Shown here piece by piece: positions 50,798 through 63,795 of a stretch of 64,000 nucleotides of DNA. This stretch comes from Octopus vulgaris (taxonomy: Eukaryota). The notes beneath the pieces were generated by a model. The model had not been told where the DNA came from. It saw nothing but the letters and a program-made list of their open reading frames with translations, and did not search any database. The stretch lies in assembly GCA_951406725.2 (NCBI GenBank), contig OX597814.1:87978001-88042000 (forward strand), given 5' to 3'. A program made the translations under genes and the position numbers. How positions within the stretch are numbered: the first letter of the stretch is position 1; every line of letters starts with the position of its first letter.

Positions 50798-51095
50798 TGG
50801 CTGTGTGGTAAGTAGCTTGCTTACCAGTCACATGGTTCCGAGTTCAGCACTGCGTGGCACCTTGGGCAAGTGTCTTCTACTATAGCCTCGGGCCGACCAA
50901 AGCCTTGTGAGTGGATTAGGTAGATGGAAACTGAAAGAAGCCCGTCGTATATATGTATATATATGTGTGTGTGTTTGTCCCCCCAACATCGTTTTAAAAC
51001 CGATGCTGGTGTGTTTACGTCCCCGTAACTTAGTGGTTCGGCAAAAGAGACCGATAGAATAAGTACCAGGCTTACAAAGAATAAGTCCTGGGGTC
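50798..51095 (+). repeat. tRNA-derived SINE family B (CCTTGGGCAAGT core, internal TA/TG tract)
   Basis: TGGCTGTGTGGTAAGTAGCTTGC..GGCACCTTGGGCAAGTGTCTTC..GAAACTGAAAGAAGCCCGTCG. Confidence 0.85.
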
Positions 51096-51879
51096 GTTGT
51101 GAGTTTGAACCCAGAACATAAAAATGTTATAACTAAATAACGGTATGGTAGTATTTAAAGGAGTTTTAGTTGCTATATTTTTAGCAAGTCGAGCATCTAT
51201 GTAGAAGGTTTTACTTGACTACTCATTCGTTGGTTCACTATGCTGAATTCAATTATCGCGGGAAAATTTATATATAATTGACTGATATTCTATAGAAGAG
51301 GAAATATTTTCTTTTCTTCAATGAACGCCTTAGACACAACAGAATAGCACTAAACTTGAAAACCGTATAGATCTTGAACGAACAAGGTAACTTCTATATA
51401 GTCGTTCGACCTTTTAGAAGCAGCAGTGAAATCTCCCTCAAATTACGCACTACTGTTTTGAAAAGCAAGGAACACATTGGATAATGTAATGCAGAAGAGA
51501 CGGACGGGATACCCACGGCTCGAACGTTTTTCATCGTAAGTCGTAATTAGGATTTACCTAAGGTAAAGGACAGTGACCAACTAGAAATGTGAAAGAACTC
51601 TTATATATTTTGATAATTTAACGTTAAGACTAATTTAATAACAATGAAAGGATCCCAAGAAAAATAAGATTAGTTTGTCGTCTCTTGTATTATTAAGAGT
51701 TTATATTGAACATGGCCGTTCCAAGAAGAGAAAGCAAAGTTCGAAAATGTGACTACTACTGTTGTCTGATTCTGTTAGAGAATGTTGTGCTCATCTTAGT
51801 ATTTTAGTCCGACAGTTCGGATGATTGTGTGTGTGTGTGCGTGCTTGCATACATACGGTCTCAAATCTGTATTAATGTC

Positions 51880-52860
51880 ATATGAAACATATTCAGTATT
51901 GTGACACTGAAACAATATTTGCAGCAGAAGAAAGAGACCAGCAACTATCTTGCCCAAGTTTGTGACCACGAAATCAATAAGATAATTAAGAGAGTTAATG
52001 AACTTGAGAAGAGGTATGACATAAGAGACGATACAGATCTCTTCCCAAGAAGCATTGGCAAAATCTATTTATCAGAAAAACAAAATATAAAAGAAAAATG
52101 GACCAGTACTTGGTACTTGGGTACATAGTATGTCAAACACAAACCACAGAAAGGACTGATCATGTCAATGTCTTAGCAAGGAGTACAGACAAATTTATGA
52201 CATCCTATTTCGAAGGCTATATATACGCAATCCAAGAACAAGAAACCCCAATCAAATAACTAGAAAATAAAAAGCAGAAAACGTTGACAGACAACAAACG
52301 TAGGCTGTGCAAAACCAAGACTGACAACATTAATCTCATTTTTGCCGACTGCAAGAAAATATCTCCCAGATATCATCTACCAATGGGCATGACGTGGTGG
52401 CCAGAACAAGATATCAAAAAAGAAAACATCTACAGACGATTTTGACTATATTGAGACTGATGTTTCAAAAGAATACTGGTGGAACTTAAAAATTAAAACA
52501 ACCAGCAAGATAAAACATAACCGACCAGATATTGTTGTGTGGGACCACAACGAAAATATATGTTGTGTTGTGGAAATCAGTTGCCCTGTAGACACTAATG
52601 TAATAAGAAAAATATAAGAGAAAGAAGACATCTTTGGACCATTGATAAGGAATTTGCAAATCCAGTACCCAAAATGCACTTTCAGATTTATATCTATTAT
52701 TACTGGAACAACAGGATACATACCAACCCATCTGGAACAAAGTATAGTTGAACTTGGGACATTGGAAAGAAAACGTAAATCTTTAATTCATACACTACAT
52801 ATAATCATGATATCTGGAACTCTAAAAACCTGCACGAATTTCTTACGGTTTAAAGGATGA
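51880..52860 (+). mobile_element. Decayed 3' portion of a restriction-like-endonuclease non-LTR retrotransposon (R4/NeSL-like)
   Basis: YIYAIQEQE, RLCKT..I..I...CK zinc-knuckle remnant, HDVVA, KHNRPDIVVWD..VVEISCP, ITGTTGYIP. Confidence 0.85.
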
Positions 52861-52937
52861 TGAACAGAACAAAATACTTCCTTTCACAACCTTGCTATCA
52901 AGTAGGTGGCCAGTCAAAATTTATTCTTAATTAAACC

Positions 52938-53046
52938 GAGAGAGAAAGAGAGAGAGAGAAAGAGAGGGGAGAGAGTGAAAGAGAAAGAGAGGGGAGAGAG
53001 AGAGAGAAAGAGAGGGGAGAGAGTGAAAGAGAGAGAGAGAGAGAGA
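52938..53046. repeat. Compound (GA)n tract with a ~40-bp higher-order duplication
   Basis: GAGAGAGAGAAAGAGAGGGGAGAGAGTGAAAGAGA occurs twice. Confidence 0.9.
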
Positions 53047-54539
53047 CAGGGGGTAGTTTTGTTGGTGATGCAAACTTTATTTAGGCAAATCTGTTTGTCG
53101 AACAACTGCTTCTGTTGGAGAGTTGAAATTGGCGTTTTATTATATTCTATTTTATTTAAGAGATACAACAGCTAAAAAGACTTGTTTGTCCGCCTCATAG
53201 TCTCGGTGGACAAAATAGAAAGGGAGTTACCCCGAAGGATGGCGAAGGAGACGCGCTGGAGCTTCCACTCCGACTCACAAGGCTTGCACTTGCGGATAGC
53301 CATCTCTGCAAAAATACTGACAAATCAAGTCAAGCTTTGATTAAGCTAAACGGAGCTTAAAAGAAGAGCGAAGGATAGATAGACTGTCAAACAGAGGTTT
53401 GTCAGTCACAGAGAGAGAATGAAACTGATCTGCAGCACTCGCCTGCTGCACGGACATCTTCAGTTGTTTGATGTCAACCATCTTTAGGTCTCCTGCTTCA
53501 CATCCATACAAGGCTATTGGCCAAACCAGGACTTTTGGAAGTTTCAGGTTGGTGCTTTTGTAGAGGTTGCAGTTTCTCCATATTGTCTTGAATAGTTAAG
53601 GGCTGACCTTCCTGCATCAAGACTTGCTTCGATTTCTCAGCTACAGTCTACTGTTGGGTTAACAATAGAGTCCAGGCACTCGGACTTATCAACCCAGGCT
53701 AGCTGGACCCCTTGGTATCGTATGGCAGGCAAGCTGCTCTGGTTCTCTGATGGCTACCGTTATCTTCGTTTGTTTTGTGCTGATCTCTAGCTGAAGCTCA
53801 CAAGAGACTCGGCTAACTTTCAGAGAAAGGGTTACTAATAAAACACGATCTTTATCGACCAAATGGTTAAATATTCTAATTGCCTGTATCATTCTGTCAG
53901 TTTTTCTTATTTTGTATCTGCTTAGCTGCCTGTCTTTGTATTTAATTGTATAACCAGTTAGATAATTCTCGTTTTGTCTACCTGTCTGTCTATCTGTTTG
54001 CATGCATCTTTTTGCTCCCTTACACAGTCTCTCCCTTTCTTTATTCTTCTCTCTTCTTCCCGCCACATTATCCTTTACTCGCTCCAAGCATGTTTGCATG
54101 CATTCATCTACCTGCCTGTCTCAATTTTTTTTTGTCTTTTTGTAGCTGCGTGTCCTCGATGTGTCTCTGCATCTATCTCATTCCCTGTCTGTTTTTATCC
54201 ACTTCTCTTTCCCTTTCTATCCAGTTTGCTTGCTAAATTCTTTTTATTTACACAGCTGCTGTATGTCAGAACATCATCAGCCAGCCATTTAATCCATTTC
54301 TAATCAAATAGTTCTAACATCTGTAGTAATCTACTTAGAAACTACATATGTGCCAGCCCCTTTCTCTACAAATGCATTATGTGTCAACTCGCTTTTTTCC
54401 CTTTTTTTTAAATATATACTTTAAGTGGTGGATTGGCAGAATCATTAGCGCGTCGGACAAAATGCATGTGCCATTTATTGCTATTTGCGTACTGAGTTCA
54501 AATCTCGCCGAGGTCAACTTTGCTTTTGGTGAAATATTA

Positions 54540-55527
54540 TAATAGACAATCCTCCCTCTTTCTCCTGAAACTTTGAATGCTTGAGCAAGGGACCAAAAAA
54601 ATCATTTATATATATGTGCGTGTGCGCGTGTGTGTGTGTGAATAAACAATATATCAGTATAGATAAAGAGTAAAGTGACGAGCTGGAAGAATCGTGAGCA
54701 CGTCGGACAAAAATGCTTAGTGGCATTTTGTCCTTCTTTATATTCTGAGTTTAAATTCTGCCGAAGTCGACTTTGTCTTTCACCCTTTCGGAGTCTTTAA
54801 AATAAATACTAGTTGAGCATTGGGGTCGATATAATCGACTTACCCACTCCTCCGAAATTGCTGGCCTTGTACTAAAATTTGAAACCCATATAAATGAAGA
54901 GTGAAAAATATATACTGAAGTAATCCTTGTAAGTTATAACATCGTGAAATACATAAGTAAATACATAACTTTCTTGTTTGGTTTTATTACACGTAATGCA
55001 TTTATGTTTGTACGCAGAGAGTGAAAGGAAATCTGCAATACTGAGAATAATAGTTATTTCTGGCCGAAATTTTTGAGGTTTTCTTAAAGGGAGCCAAAAT
55101 GTGATGAGAAATCTTTATTCCATTATGTTTATATAATCCTATATTTGATCAACAAATTTCCTAATTAATACATTTAGTGTGTATAGGCCGACAAAGTTGC
55201 ATATATCTGCGTTATGAAACGATCCCGCAGTGATGATGAATGAACCCATGGAGTCTCATTTTTTGATCCAGACAGAATATTGAAGAGAAGCGCACTTTTT
55301 GCTTGCGTAATTTCTATTTTTCGACGCCTATGTTATTGCATCTTCTGGTAAAACATAGTCATGTTTATTATTTTTATTTTTAAATCAGATTCTGCCGGCT
55401 CGTCACTTTACTCTTTATCTATACTGATATATTGTTTATTCACACACACACATATATATATAAATGATTTTTGGTCCCTTGCTCAAGTATTCAAAGTTTC
55501 TGGAGAAAGAGGGCGGATTGTCTATTA
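54540..55527. repeat. Inverted duplication, arms 54540-54693 and 55388-55527
   Basis: Both arms encode SSLYSLSILIYCLFTHTH on opposite strands in the ORF track. Nucleotide match visible across ~140-150 bp. Confidence 0.9.
54675..54888 (+). repeat. Family A SINE
   Basis: Head, B box, core and tail present. Confidence 0.85.
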
Positions 55528-55864
55528 TTATATCATTGTTTTTCTATTGTTGGTCTCTAGTTGCCTTTCTAATACTGGTTTCAAATGCAAGCAAGGTCGG
55601 ACAAGGGAGTTAGTGATTACATCCACTCCAGTGTTCAAATGGTACTTTATCAACCCCAAAAGGATAACGGGAAAAGTTGACTGGTGGATTTTGAACTCAG
55701 AACGTAAAGTCGGACGAAATGCCGCTAGACATTTCGCTCGGCGTGCTAACAGTTCTACCAGCACACCGCCTAAAGTAAAGTCGGAAGAAATGCCGGTATG
55801 CATTTTGTCCGGCACGGTAGCCATCTTGCCAGCTCGTCGCCTTTGTTGCCTCTATATTATTTAC

Positions 55865-56086
55865 TCTCTTTTACTCTTTTACTTGTTTCAGTCATTTGAC
55901 TGCCGCCATGCTGGAGCACCGCCTTTAGTCGAGCAAATCGACCCCACGACTTATTCTTTGTAAGCCTAGTACTTATTCTATCGGTCTCTTAGGCCGAACC
56001 GCTAAGTTACGGGGACGTAAACACAGCACCATCGGTTGTCAAGCGATGTTGGGGGGGGGGGGCAAACACACACACACACACATACA

Positions 56087-56134
<48 letters not shown>

Positions 56135-56295
56135 ACAGGCTTCTTTCAGTTTCTGTCTACCAAATCAACCCACAAAGCTTTGGTCGGCTCGAGACTACAG
56201 TAGAAGACACTTGCCCAAGGTGCCACACAGTGGGACTGAACCCGGAACCATGTGGTTGGTAAGCAAGCTACTCACCACACAGTCACTCCTGCGCC
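55865..56295 (-). repeat. Full-length family B SINE
   Basis: Reverse complement of family B with internal (CA)n and GTAAAAGAGTAAA tail. Confidence 0.85.
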
Positions 56296-58889
56296 TATTG
56301 TTAATCTTTTTTAACATTTTCTTTTTGATGGGTCCTATTGCTATTTTAACCGAGCTAATTTGCCTACATTTTAGATTAGATGTAAGTCTTCCTGGCGGTT
56401 TAAAAGAGTGAAATACACTTCACCTTAGTTATACTCTATTTTATCTTTTCTTTTATTTGTTTCAGTCTCTGGACTCTGGTCATACTGGAGTACCACCTTG
56501 AAGGGTTAAGTCAAAAAAATTGACCCATGTACCTATTTTTTAAAGTCTGGTACTTATTCTATCGTTCCGTTTTGTCGAACCGCAAAGTTACGGGAACGTA
56601 ACCAAATCAACATCGGTTGTGAAGCTGTTGGTGGCATGTAGGGAACAAACACAGATCCTTCAAATTTATCCAATATTTATCCGAAGGAATGCCGCTAAAC
56701 ATTTTGCTCTGCTTTCTAATGAGTCTGTCAGCTCGCCACTCTATGAAATAATAATAATAATAGTTTCAAATTTAGGCAAGCAGAGTTAAGCTCAGCGAAA
56801 TTTGAACTCAACGCAAAGAGCCGGAACAAAATAATGAAAGCTCCAACTATTCTACCATCGTTATTATTTCTGAAAGAAGTAGAATGTTACACAAGTTGGG
56901 GACATATATAGTCAATTTAATCAATGCTAATACTTTATTGTATCTACCTCTGAGACACGAAATAGTAAACCCTGGTGAAATTTGAGCATAGAATGTAATG
57001 TCAGTTTACTGCAAATCACTTTTCCAGCGATCAATTGATTTTGCTAATCAGTATTTCATATGGAAAAAAAGATAAGAGTTTGTGTCATTTAGGCTTTTCT
57101 TAAGCGCATTACCGAACTCTGTAAAGTGAACTGGTTTCAGGTAGGTTTCGAAACCGTATGAATGACAGTCTCAGCTCAAAAGGAACTTAATCTTGTGCTG
57201 CAATTATGAATTAATATAAAATTACAGCTCCAGCCCCCCCCCCCCCAAAAAAAAGAAAGAAAAAAGGTGAGGTGGGGCGGGGGATAAAACGAAAAAAATA
57301 CAAAAGAAGAACTTGAAAAAAAAATGGCTCATGGAATTCTTAAAGTTAGTCAGAAACTGCAAAGGCAAAAGTACTGAATATAAATGTTTATAGATAAAAA
57401 TATATTGTATGTAATATTGATCTTTAATTCGCGCAAGAACACCGCAAACTGGCGATGTTATCAATGGCTGTGATGATATCGATATAACATCAATTTCAAT
57501 CCGTTCATTTGGAGTAGCTTCAGAAAGTACATACATTGTAATATTTGTTCCAGTCACTTTCAAATTCACCAATCAATGCCATTCTTTGAAATCAACTATT
57601 TTTCCATTTAGCAACTTCTCTTGGTTTATTTGTTTTCTCTCACCATTGTTGTTCATCGTTCTTCCAGATATAATCGATAAATCCAAATTAATTTCAGCAC
57701 ATTTACATGTTGTTCTGGGAACGTACTGAACGGAAGAGTAACTTCCATTGGTAGATTTAGAGAAACCAAGAACAAACAGCACAAAAAAATAAATCTTGTA
57801 GACAAGGTATGTTTTGTAAAGGCTCAGTCTTTCGTTTTGACATTTAACACGCAAAAAGTAGGCGTGGCTGACTTTCTTGTTACTCATGCATCCAACTTAT
57901 TTAGTTGTTTGATTTATGTAACTGGTGTTTATTTTCTAGCTTCGAGAAGGAAGAAAAGCTTATTCGATTAGTTAAGAATCCAATTTTAAGTTTTCTCATC
58001 CGTACTAAAATCTTAATAGAAATTAGACTTCTTCAAATGTGCTATACCACCCCATGTCGTTTCCTAAACGTAATTTGTCAGTCTGAAAAATTGAACTGAT
58101 AGTAACCTTTAGCATGTTTATGCGTCTAAGTATAACGTGTTAAATTTGATTTACGCTACATAGCCGAAGATATTTCCTTCAAGATTATAGTAAATATATA
58201 GTTAATCCTAGCTCCTTTTTCCGTCTTGAAACCTGATAATAATAATAAAAAAAGAATAAGCTAACAATCCTTTCAAAATCAGCCCAAAAAAGGGGTTCTT
58301 TTAATAAAAGAAGTGGGGATGTTGTCAGGGGAGCATGGTGATGAGAAGGGTTTCAGTTAATTGATAGAGCGTACAGCAACAACAGCAAAAGAAACAGCAA
58401 CGAAATAAAACGAAGTAACCTAAAAATAATCTGAAGTCGAGATTGAAAGCAGAAAAGGAAAAAAAATATAAAGACAACACAAAATAAAAAATAACAATAA
58501 TACATTACATAGTTTAATTTTTTTTTTTTTTTAGATTGACAATATTTGAGGATAACAGGAAATGTGGAAAATAGCATCAACTTTCTTCAGAAAAGCATGA
58601 AAACATAAAGAACACAACTGACCGCGAATAGTCAGAACCGTAAGGAGGTTAATGTTCGAAGGGTAGAGTCTGAAGGAGACAGTGTGTCGCCAGGATTGTT
58701 GATAGTAATCTTTATGATTCTAACAGAGATGCCACGGGAAAATAAATTAAGAAAAATGGCGTGGATTTTATACATTCGTACATCTCACACACACACACGT
58801 AGTAGTTATATGCATGTATTTGCTCGCTCATGTGTATGGGTGTGTGCATGGATATACATAAATATGCAGACATACACGCATATACATAC

Positions 58890-58925
<36 letters not shown>

Positions 58926-59809
58926 CACAAATATACATATATGCGTCCGTGCGCGCACAAAGATACAAACACTCACACAGACATACACCATAAACTTAAA
59001 ATAGACTCGTATATTCTATATAGTAAATAATATAAAGTAATTAAGAGAACTGGAGTGAAGGGGCGTACAGGTGCTATGTAATCAAAGTTGTAATTATAAC
59101 AGCGAAAATATAATTTACAACACATGAACGATCAAAGAAGACTCTAATTTGAAATTGGAAGAAATTGGAAATTAGTATATTTTTGGTTTTCCAGAGACAT
59201 TCTCGCTACCGATCGTATCTGGACTAGGGATTCGATTTTTTCTCCAAATTTGCCGCTGCCCCATAAATAGTTAATGTAAAACATAAGCTTGCAAGAATTC
59301 TTCAGACAACATCTGAAAATGATTTACATGGGATTTACCAGATTAAAGTCGTTTCCTCATTAGTCTCGGTATGATGTTTTTGGAGAAGATGATGGTAATA
59401 TTGTTGTGTTTTGCTGGATTGGAGGGATAGAGGCTCCTGGTAATGATAAGTGGCGATAATACTATTAGTGATAAAAACGGTTGACGGTGGTGGCGATGAT
59501 ATTGATATCATTGATGATGATACTTATAATGATGAGAATGAAATATTTTTAATGTAAAACTACTATTCCGTCATCAAATCAACAGAAAGTGTTGTCACTT
59601 AATTACCAAAGACTATATCAGTCCAATCCAAACGCTATTACATGTTTTTCGTTTAATTCGGATTCTAAAAACTATCCTATACTTTATTTAGAACCACAAT
59701 TTTCCAAATTTATCACAGGTAATAGTGTAGGGGTAAATACATCGCCTGCAGTTTTGTAGGCTAGTAATTTCATTGCAAAGTAATTTTATTACAAACTAAT
59801 ACTTCTTAA

Positions 59810-60240
59810 TTTCGTTCACTTCATGTGGAGCATAGGGCGCCTACAAAAGATCTCCAACTGTCTCAATCTTTGGAAATGGATTACAGTTGTCTCCAAGTGT
59901 AGTCGCCTACCAGTGCTTCAGTTTCTGCAGACCATCTCTGTTGTTTTTGGTCTGTCATGTTTCCACTTCTCTTGCGGTGTCTATCAGAGAGTTTGCCTTA
60001 TAATGTAGGAAGCAGGTTTCCGTAGGGTGTGTCCTAGCCAATCCATTGTCTCCCATTGGGTCTGGGTTTCAATAAATTGCTGGTTCACCTGTTGCCATAA
60101 AGGTTTTGTTTGTGAATCTGTCTCGCAATCCCAAAGGATGTTCCGCTGACATCTATTCACAAACGCTTGCAGCTTGTCGATAGAGAACTTTGTACCTCGC
60201 CAGATTTCACACAAGTACTGTAGCTTCACGCTCTTGTTAA
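59810..60240 (-). mobile_element. Decayed 3' fragment of an RTE-like LINE
   Basis: KLQAFVNRCQRNIL, WLGHTLRKP..IIRQTL. Confidence 0.75.
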
Positions 60241-60480
60241 AGGTTCTGAGTTTTGTGTTTTTTTGACAAGGTCTTCAGCTTGGTTCGAGCATCCAGAACG
60301 CAGCTGTAGCTTGCCAAATCTTTGTCTTTTATATTCTGATCTGTTACAACGTGCAAGGCCTCCGCGAACCGATACATCGTTGGTAAATTTATTATGATTT
60401 TTATTCACAGCATAAATACATTGCATTTAACTAACAATGGAAAATAAATTCAATGGTCAAACAAGTATCAACATTAATTT

Positions 60481-60483
<3 letters not shown>

Positions 60484-60568
<85 letters not shown>
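60484..60568. repeat. (CT)n(AT)n compound microsatellite
   Basis: Direct observation. Confidence 0.95.
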
Positions 60569-60570
<2 letters not shown>

Positions 60571-60739
60571 TAATCATCATCGTTTAACATCCACTTTCCA
60601 TGGGTTGGACTGAGGTCTGGCGAACCAGATGGCTGCACCAGACTCATACATATATATATGAAGAAATGAATCAAAATTACTTTTTTAATGAAATCACAAA
60701 ACTGTATTCAAAAGATAACATTATTTGAAAGGGAAGGAA

Positions 60740-60950
60740 AGCGGGAGCTGGCAGAATCGTTGACAAAATGATAAGTGGCATTCTGTCCATCTTTACGCTC
60801 TGAGTTCGAATTCCGCCGAGGTCGACTTTGCCTTTCATCCTTTTGGGGTCGATAAAAACAAGTACCAGTTAAGTACTGGATTCGATGCAATCAACTTCCA
60901 CCTCTCCTAAAAAAAAACTAGTTTATCTGCGCCAAAACTTGAAACCATTA
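60740..60950 (+). repeat. Family A SINE, tail-to-tail with the 60975-61555 cluster
   Basis: Head, B box, core and tail present. Confidence 0.85.
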
Positions 60951-60974
60951 TTTGAAAGTGAGGGAGAGAAAAAT

Positions 60975-61555
60975 ATTCTTTTCTACTCTAGGAACAAGGC
61001 CCGAAATTTTTGGGGAGGGAGTGCCAGTTGATTAGATCGACTCCAGTACGCAACTGGTGCTTAATTTATCGACCCCGAAAGGATGAAAGGCAAATTCGAC
61101 CTCGGCGGAATTTGAACTTGGACGTAAAGACAGACGAAGTACCGCTAAGCATTTCGCCCGGTGTGCTAAAGTTTCTTATTTCTTTACTGCCCACAAGGGA
61201 CAATACACAGAGGGGACAGACAAACGGATTAAGTCGATTATATCGACCCCAGTGCGTAGCTGGTACTTATTTAATCGACCCCGAAAAGATGAAAGGCTAA
61301 GTCGACCTCGGCGGAATTTGAACTCAGAACGTGGCGGCAGACGAAATACCTATTTCTTTACTATCCACAAGGGGCTAAACACAGAGAGGACAAACAAGGA
61401 GAGACAAACGGATTAAGTTGATTATATCGACCCCAGTGCGTAACTGGTACTTATTTAATCGACCCCGAAAGGATGAAAGGCAAAGTCGACCTCGACGGAA
61501 TTTGAACTCAGAACGTAGCGACAGACGAAATACGTTTCTGCCTGCTCGCCGCCTT
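60975..61555 (-). mobile_element. Three nested/tandem family A SINEs
   Basis: Three repeats of TCGACCCCGAAA.GATGAAAGGC..TCGACCTCG.CGGAATTTGAAC. Confidence 0.9.
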
Positions 61556-62042
61556 GGGAGGGGAAAAATTTTTTAAAGACTTATGAACTACGCCTCTTAA
61601 CATCAGTTAAGCGAATAATCTTGTTGCTATAATTTCGTTGTTTTATGTTTCACACGACTCAAGAACAAAAGTTACTTGATAATATTAGTATATTAAAGGT
61701 AATGAACAAAGCTGAGACAATATTATCTTTCAACTGTCGTACAAAGTTGATTTTTCTCTCCATCCTTACAATATCAATAGACAAGTACCAGTGATAATCC
61801 TTGTTCTGTTGCCAAAATACTTAATATCTACGCTCATTCTCTACGGCACCGCTATCTTGCAAGAGGAAATCTGGCGCTCTGTAATTTTGTTGATTACACT
61901 TTTCATTATGAAACAGTGAAAAGCAACTATTAGATTATGTTGGAATTCAATATATTTTGCCAAAGTGTCACCATCATATAATTATTACTACTAACAGGAC
62001 CCGTAAATATTTCACGGAATTAATGGTAAATTTATTGGATTA

Positions 62043-62276
62043 GAAGGCGGCGAGCTGGTAGAAACGTTAGCACGCCGGGCGAAATGCGTAGCCGTATTTC
62101 GTCTGCCGTTACGTTCTGAGTTCAAATTCCGCCGAGGTCGACTTTGCCTTTCATCCTTTCGGGGTCGATAAATTAAGTACCTGTTACGCACTGGGGTCGA
62201 TGTAATCGACTTAATCCGTTTGTCTGTGCTTGTTTGTCCCCTCTGAGTTTAGCCCATTGTGGGTAGAAAAGAAATA
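62043..62276 (+). mobile_element. Young tRNA-derived SINE (family A) with 18-bp TSD
   Basis: Head GGCGGCGAGCTGG.., B box GAGTTCAAATTCC, core GACTTTGCCTTTCATCCTTTCGGGGTCGATAAA. TSD GGTAAATTTATTGGATTA at 62025-62042 and 62277-62294. Confidence 0.92.
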
Positions 62277-63374
62277 GGTAAATTTATTGGATTATTTCTG
62301 AAAACTTTATCCAAAAAGCCTGAAAGCCTAGCCTGTGCTGCGTCAGTATCGAAAGATAGTCGCTCACCAGCTAATCATTGAAAAGTGAAGGAAATTGGAA
62401 TACGATGATTACTTAATGCACTTTATATATACACTTTATGCATAATTTTATAGACAATACACAAAACTCTCCCTCTTCGTCTTACTCTCTTTTTCTCTCT
62501 CCGTTTTCTTTCGCGCTTCACATTTCCCTCCAACTAATCACGTGAAAACGTTACAGCGGGCTAAGTAACAGAGGAAAAACAAACTTAATTAAAAAAGAAA
62601 ATCACACATTTCATTCATCACCACCTCTTCTCTCTCTCCTCTTCAACTAATCACGTGGAAACGTTACGGACGGGCTAAGAAACGGAGTGACAAGCAGAAT
62701 TATTATAAGGTAGTGATAACTTGTCTCCTACAGCATTTCTACAGTTATGAATTCCAACTCTCAAACTCTCAATGATTCAACAGCAAAATTTTTGTTTAGT
62801 CCAAGGTAAATCCTGATGAGCAAGTTATCATAACTTTTCATATAGAACTGTATCACCCACTAAGCTTCCGTTTTTGAAGGCAGTAGAGTGTGATTTGAGG
62901 GAGATATGGCTGTTAGTTTTAGCAAGTCTAGCAACCACATAGAAGCACCTTCGTTAGTTTTGCTTGAAGTGACAATTTGTGCTTGCAACAATTATTCAGT
63001 TACAGCTATCATTCAGAGGTAAACTCATCCAATCACTCTACTAACCAAGCGTACAAACCATTGTTTTTATCATCTCACAGTTTCTCTTGTATTAAACGGA
63101 ATAGATGTAACCGTATTTCTTCTGCCACGCGTTGCGATCGAATGATGGTAGTATCAGAAAGTGAAAAATCGGTGGACGCATAGTTTGCTTTTCCTTCCCA
63201 ACTTTTTTTTTTTTTTTTTATCGATCGGAATATTGGCAACGATGTTATTTTATTACAGTATCTATATAACCTTGTGTCGTTTTTGGACAATGCCGGAATT
63301 GCATTTGGTCACCCGATTTGAAGTAACAAAACCATGGAAATATGCTTTCTGCTTTTCTTTTGTTTTAGTCATAG

Positions 63375-63459
63375 GCACCTTGGGCAAGTGTCTTCCATAG
63401 CCTCGGGCCGACTAAAGCCTTGAGAGTGGATTTGGTAAACGAAAACTGAAAGAAACCCG

Positions 63460-63533
<74 letters not shown>

Positions 63534-63765
63534 TTGTATTTACGTGTCTGTTTGTTTCCCCGCCTTCGCTTGACAACCGATGCTGGTGTGCTTATGTCCC
63601 CATAACTTACCGGTCCGGTAAAAAGAGACCGATAGAATAAGTACTAGGCTTACAAAGAATAAGTCCTGGGTTTGATTTCTTCGACTAAAACCCTTTTAAG
63701 GTGGTGTTCTAGCATGCCCGCAGTCAAATGACTGAAACAAGTAAAAGAGTAAAAGAATAAAAGAA
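63375..63765 (+). repeat. 5'-truncated family B SINE with internal (GT)n
   Basis: GGCACCTTGGGCAAGTG..(GT)n..CAAGTAAAAGAGTAAAAG. Confidence 0.85.
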
Positions 63766-63795
63766 TACCATTAAACAATATTTTACATTGTATTA

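Noticed and set aside
52906-53175. Charged ER/KR-repeat ORF
   Set aside because: Translation of a (GA)n tract.
55361-55963. 200-aa plus-strand ORF
   Set aside because: Made of the inverted duplication arm and antisense SINE pieces, with no protein-like motifs.
58684-59030. Overlapping ORFs on both strands
   Set aside because: Translations of (CA)/(TA) microsatellite-rich sequence.
60975-61555. Regularly repeated units resembling a CRISPR or tRNA array
   Set aside because: Units are nested SINE copies with no unique spacers and no complete cloverleaf, in eukaryotic context.
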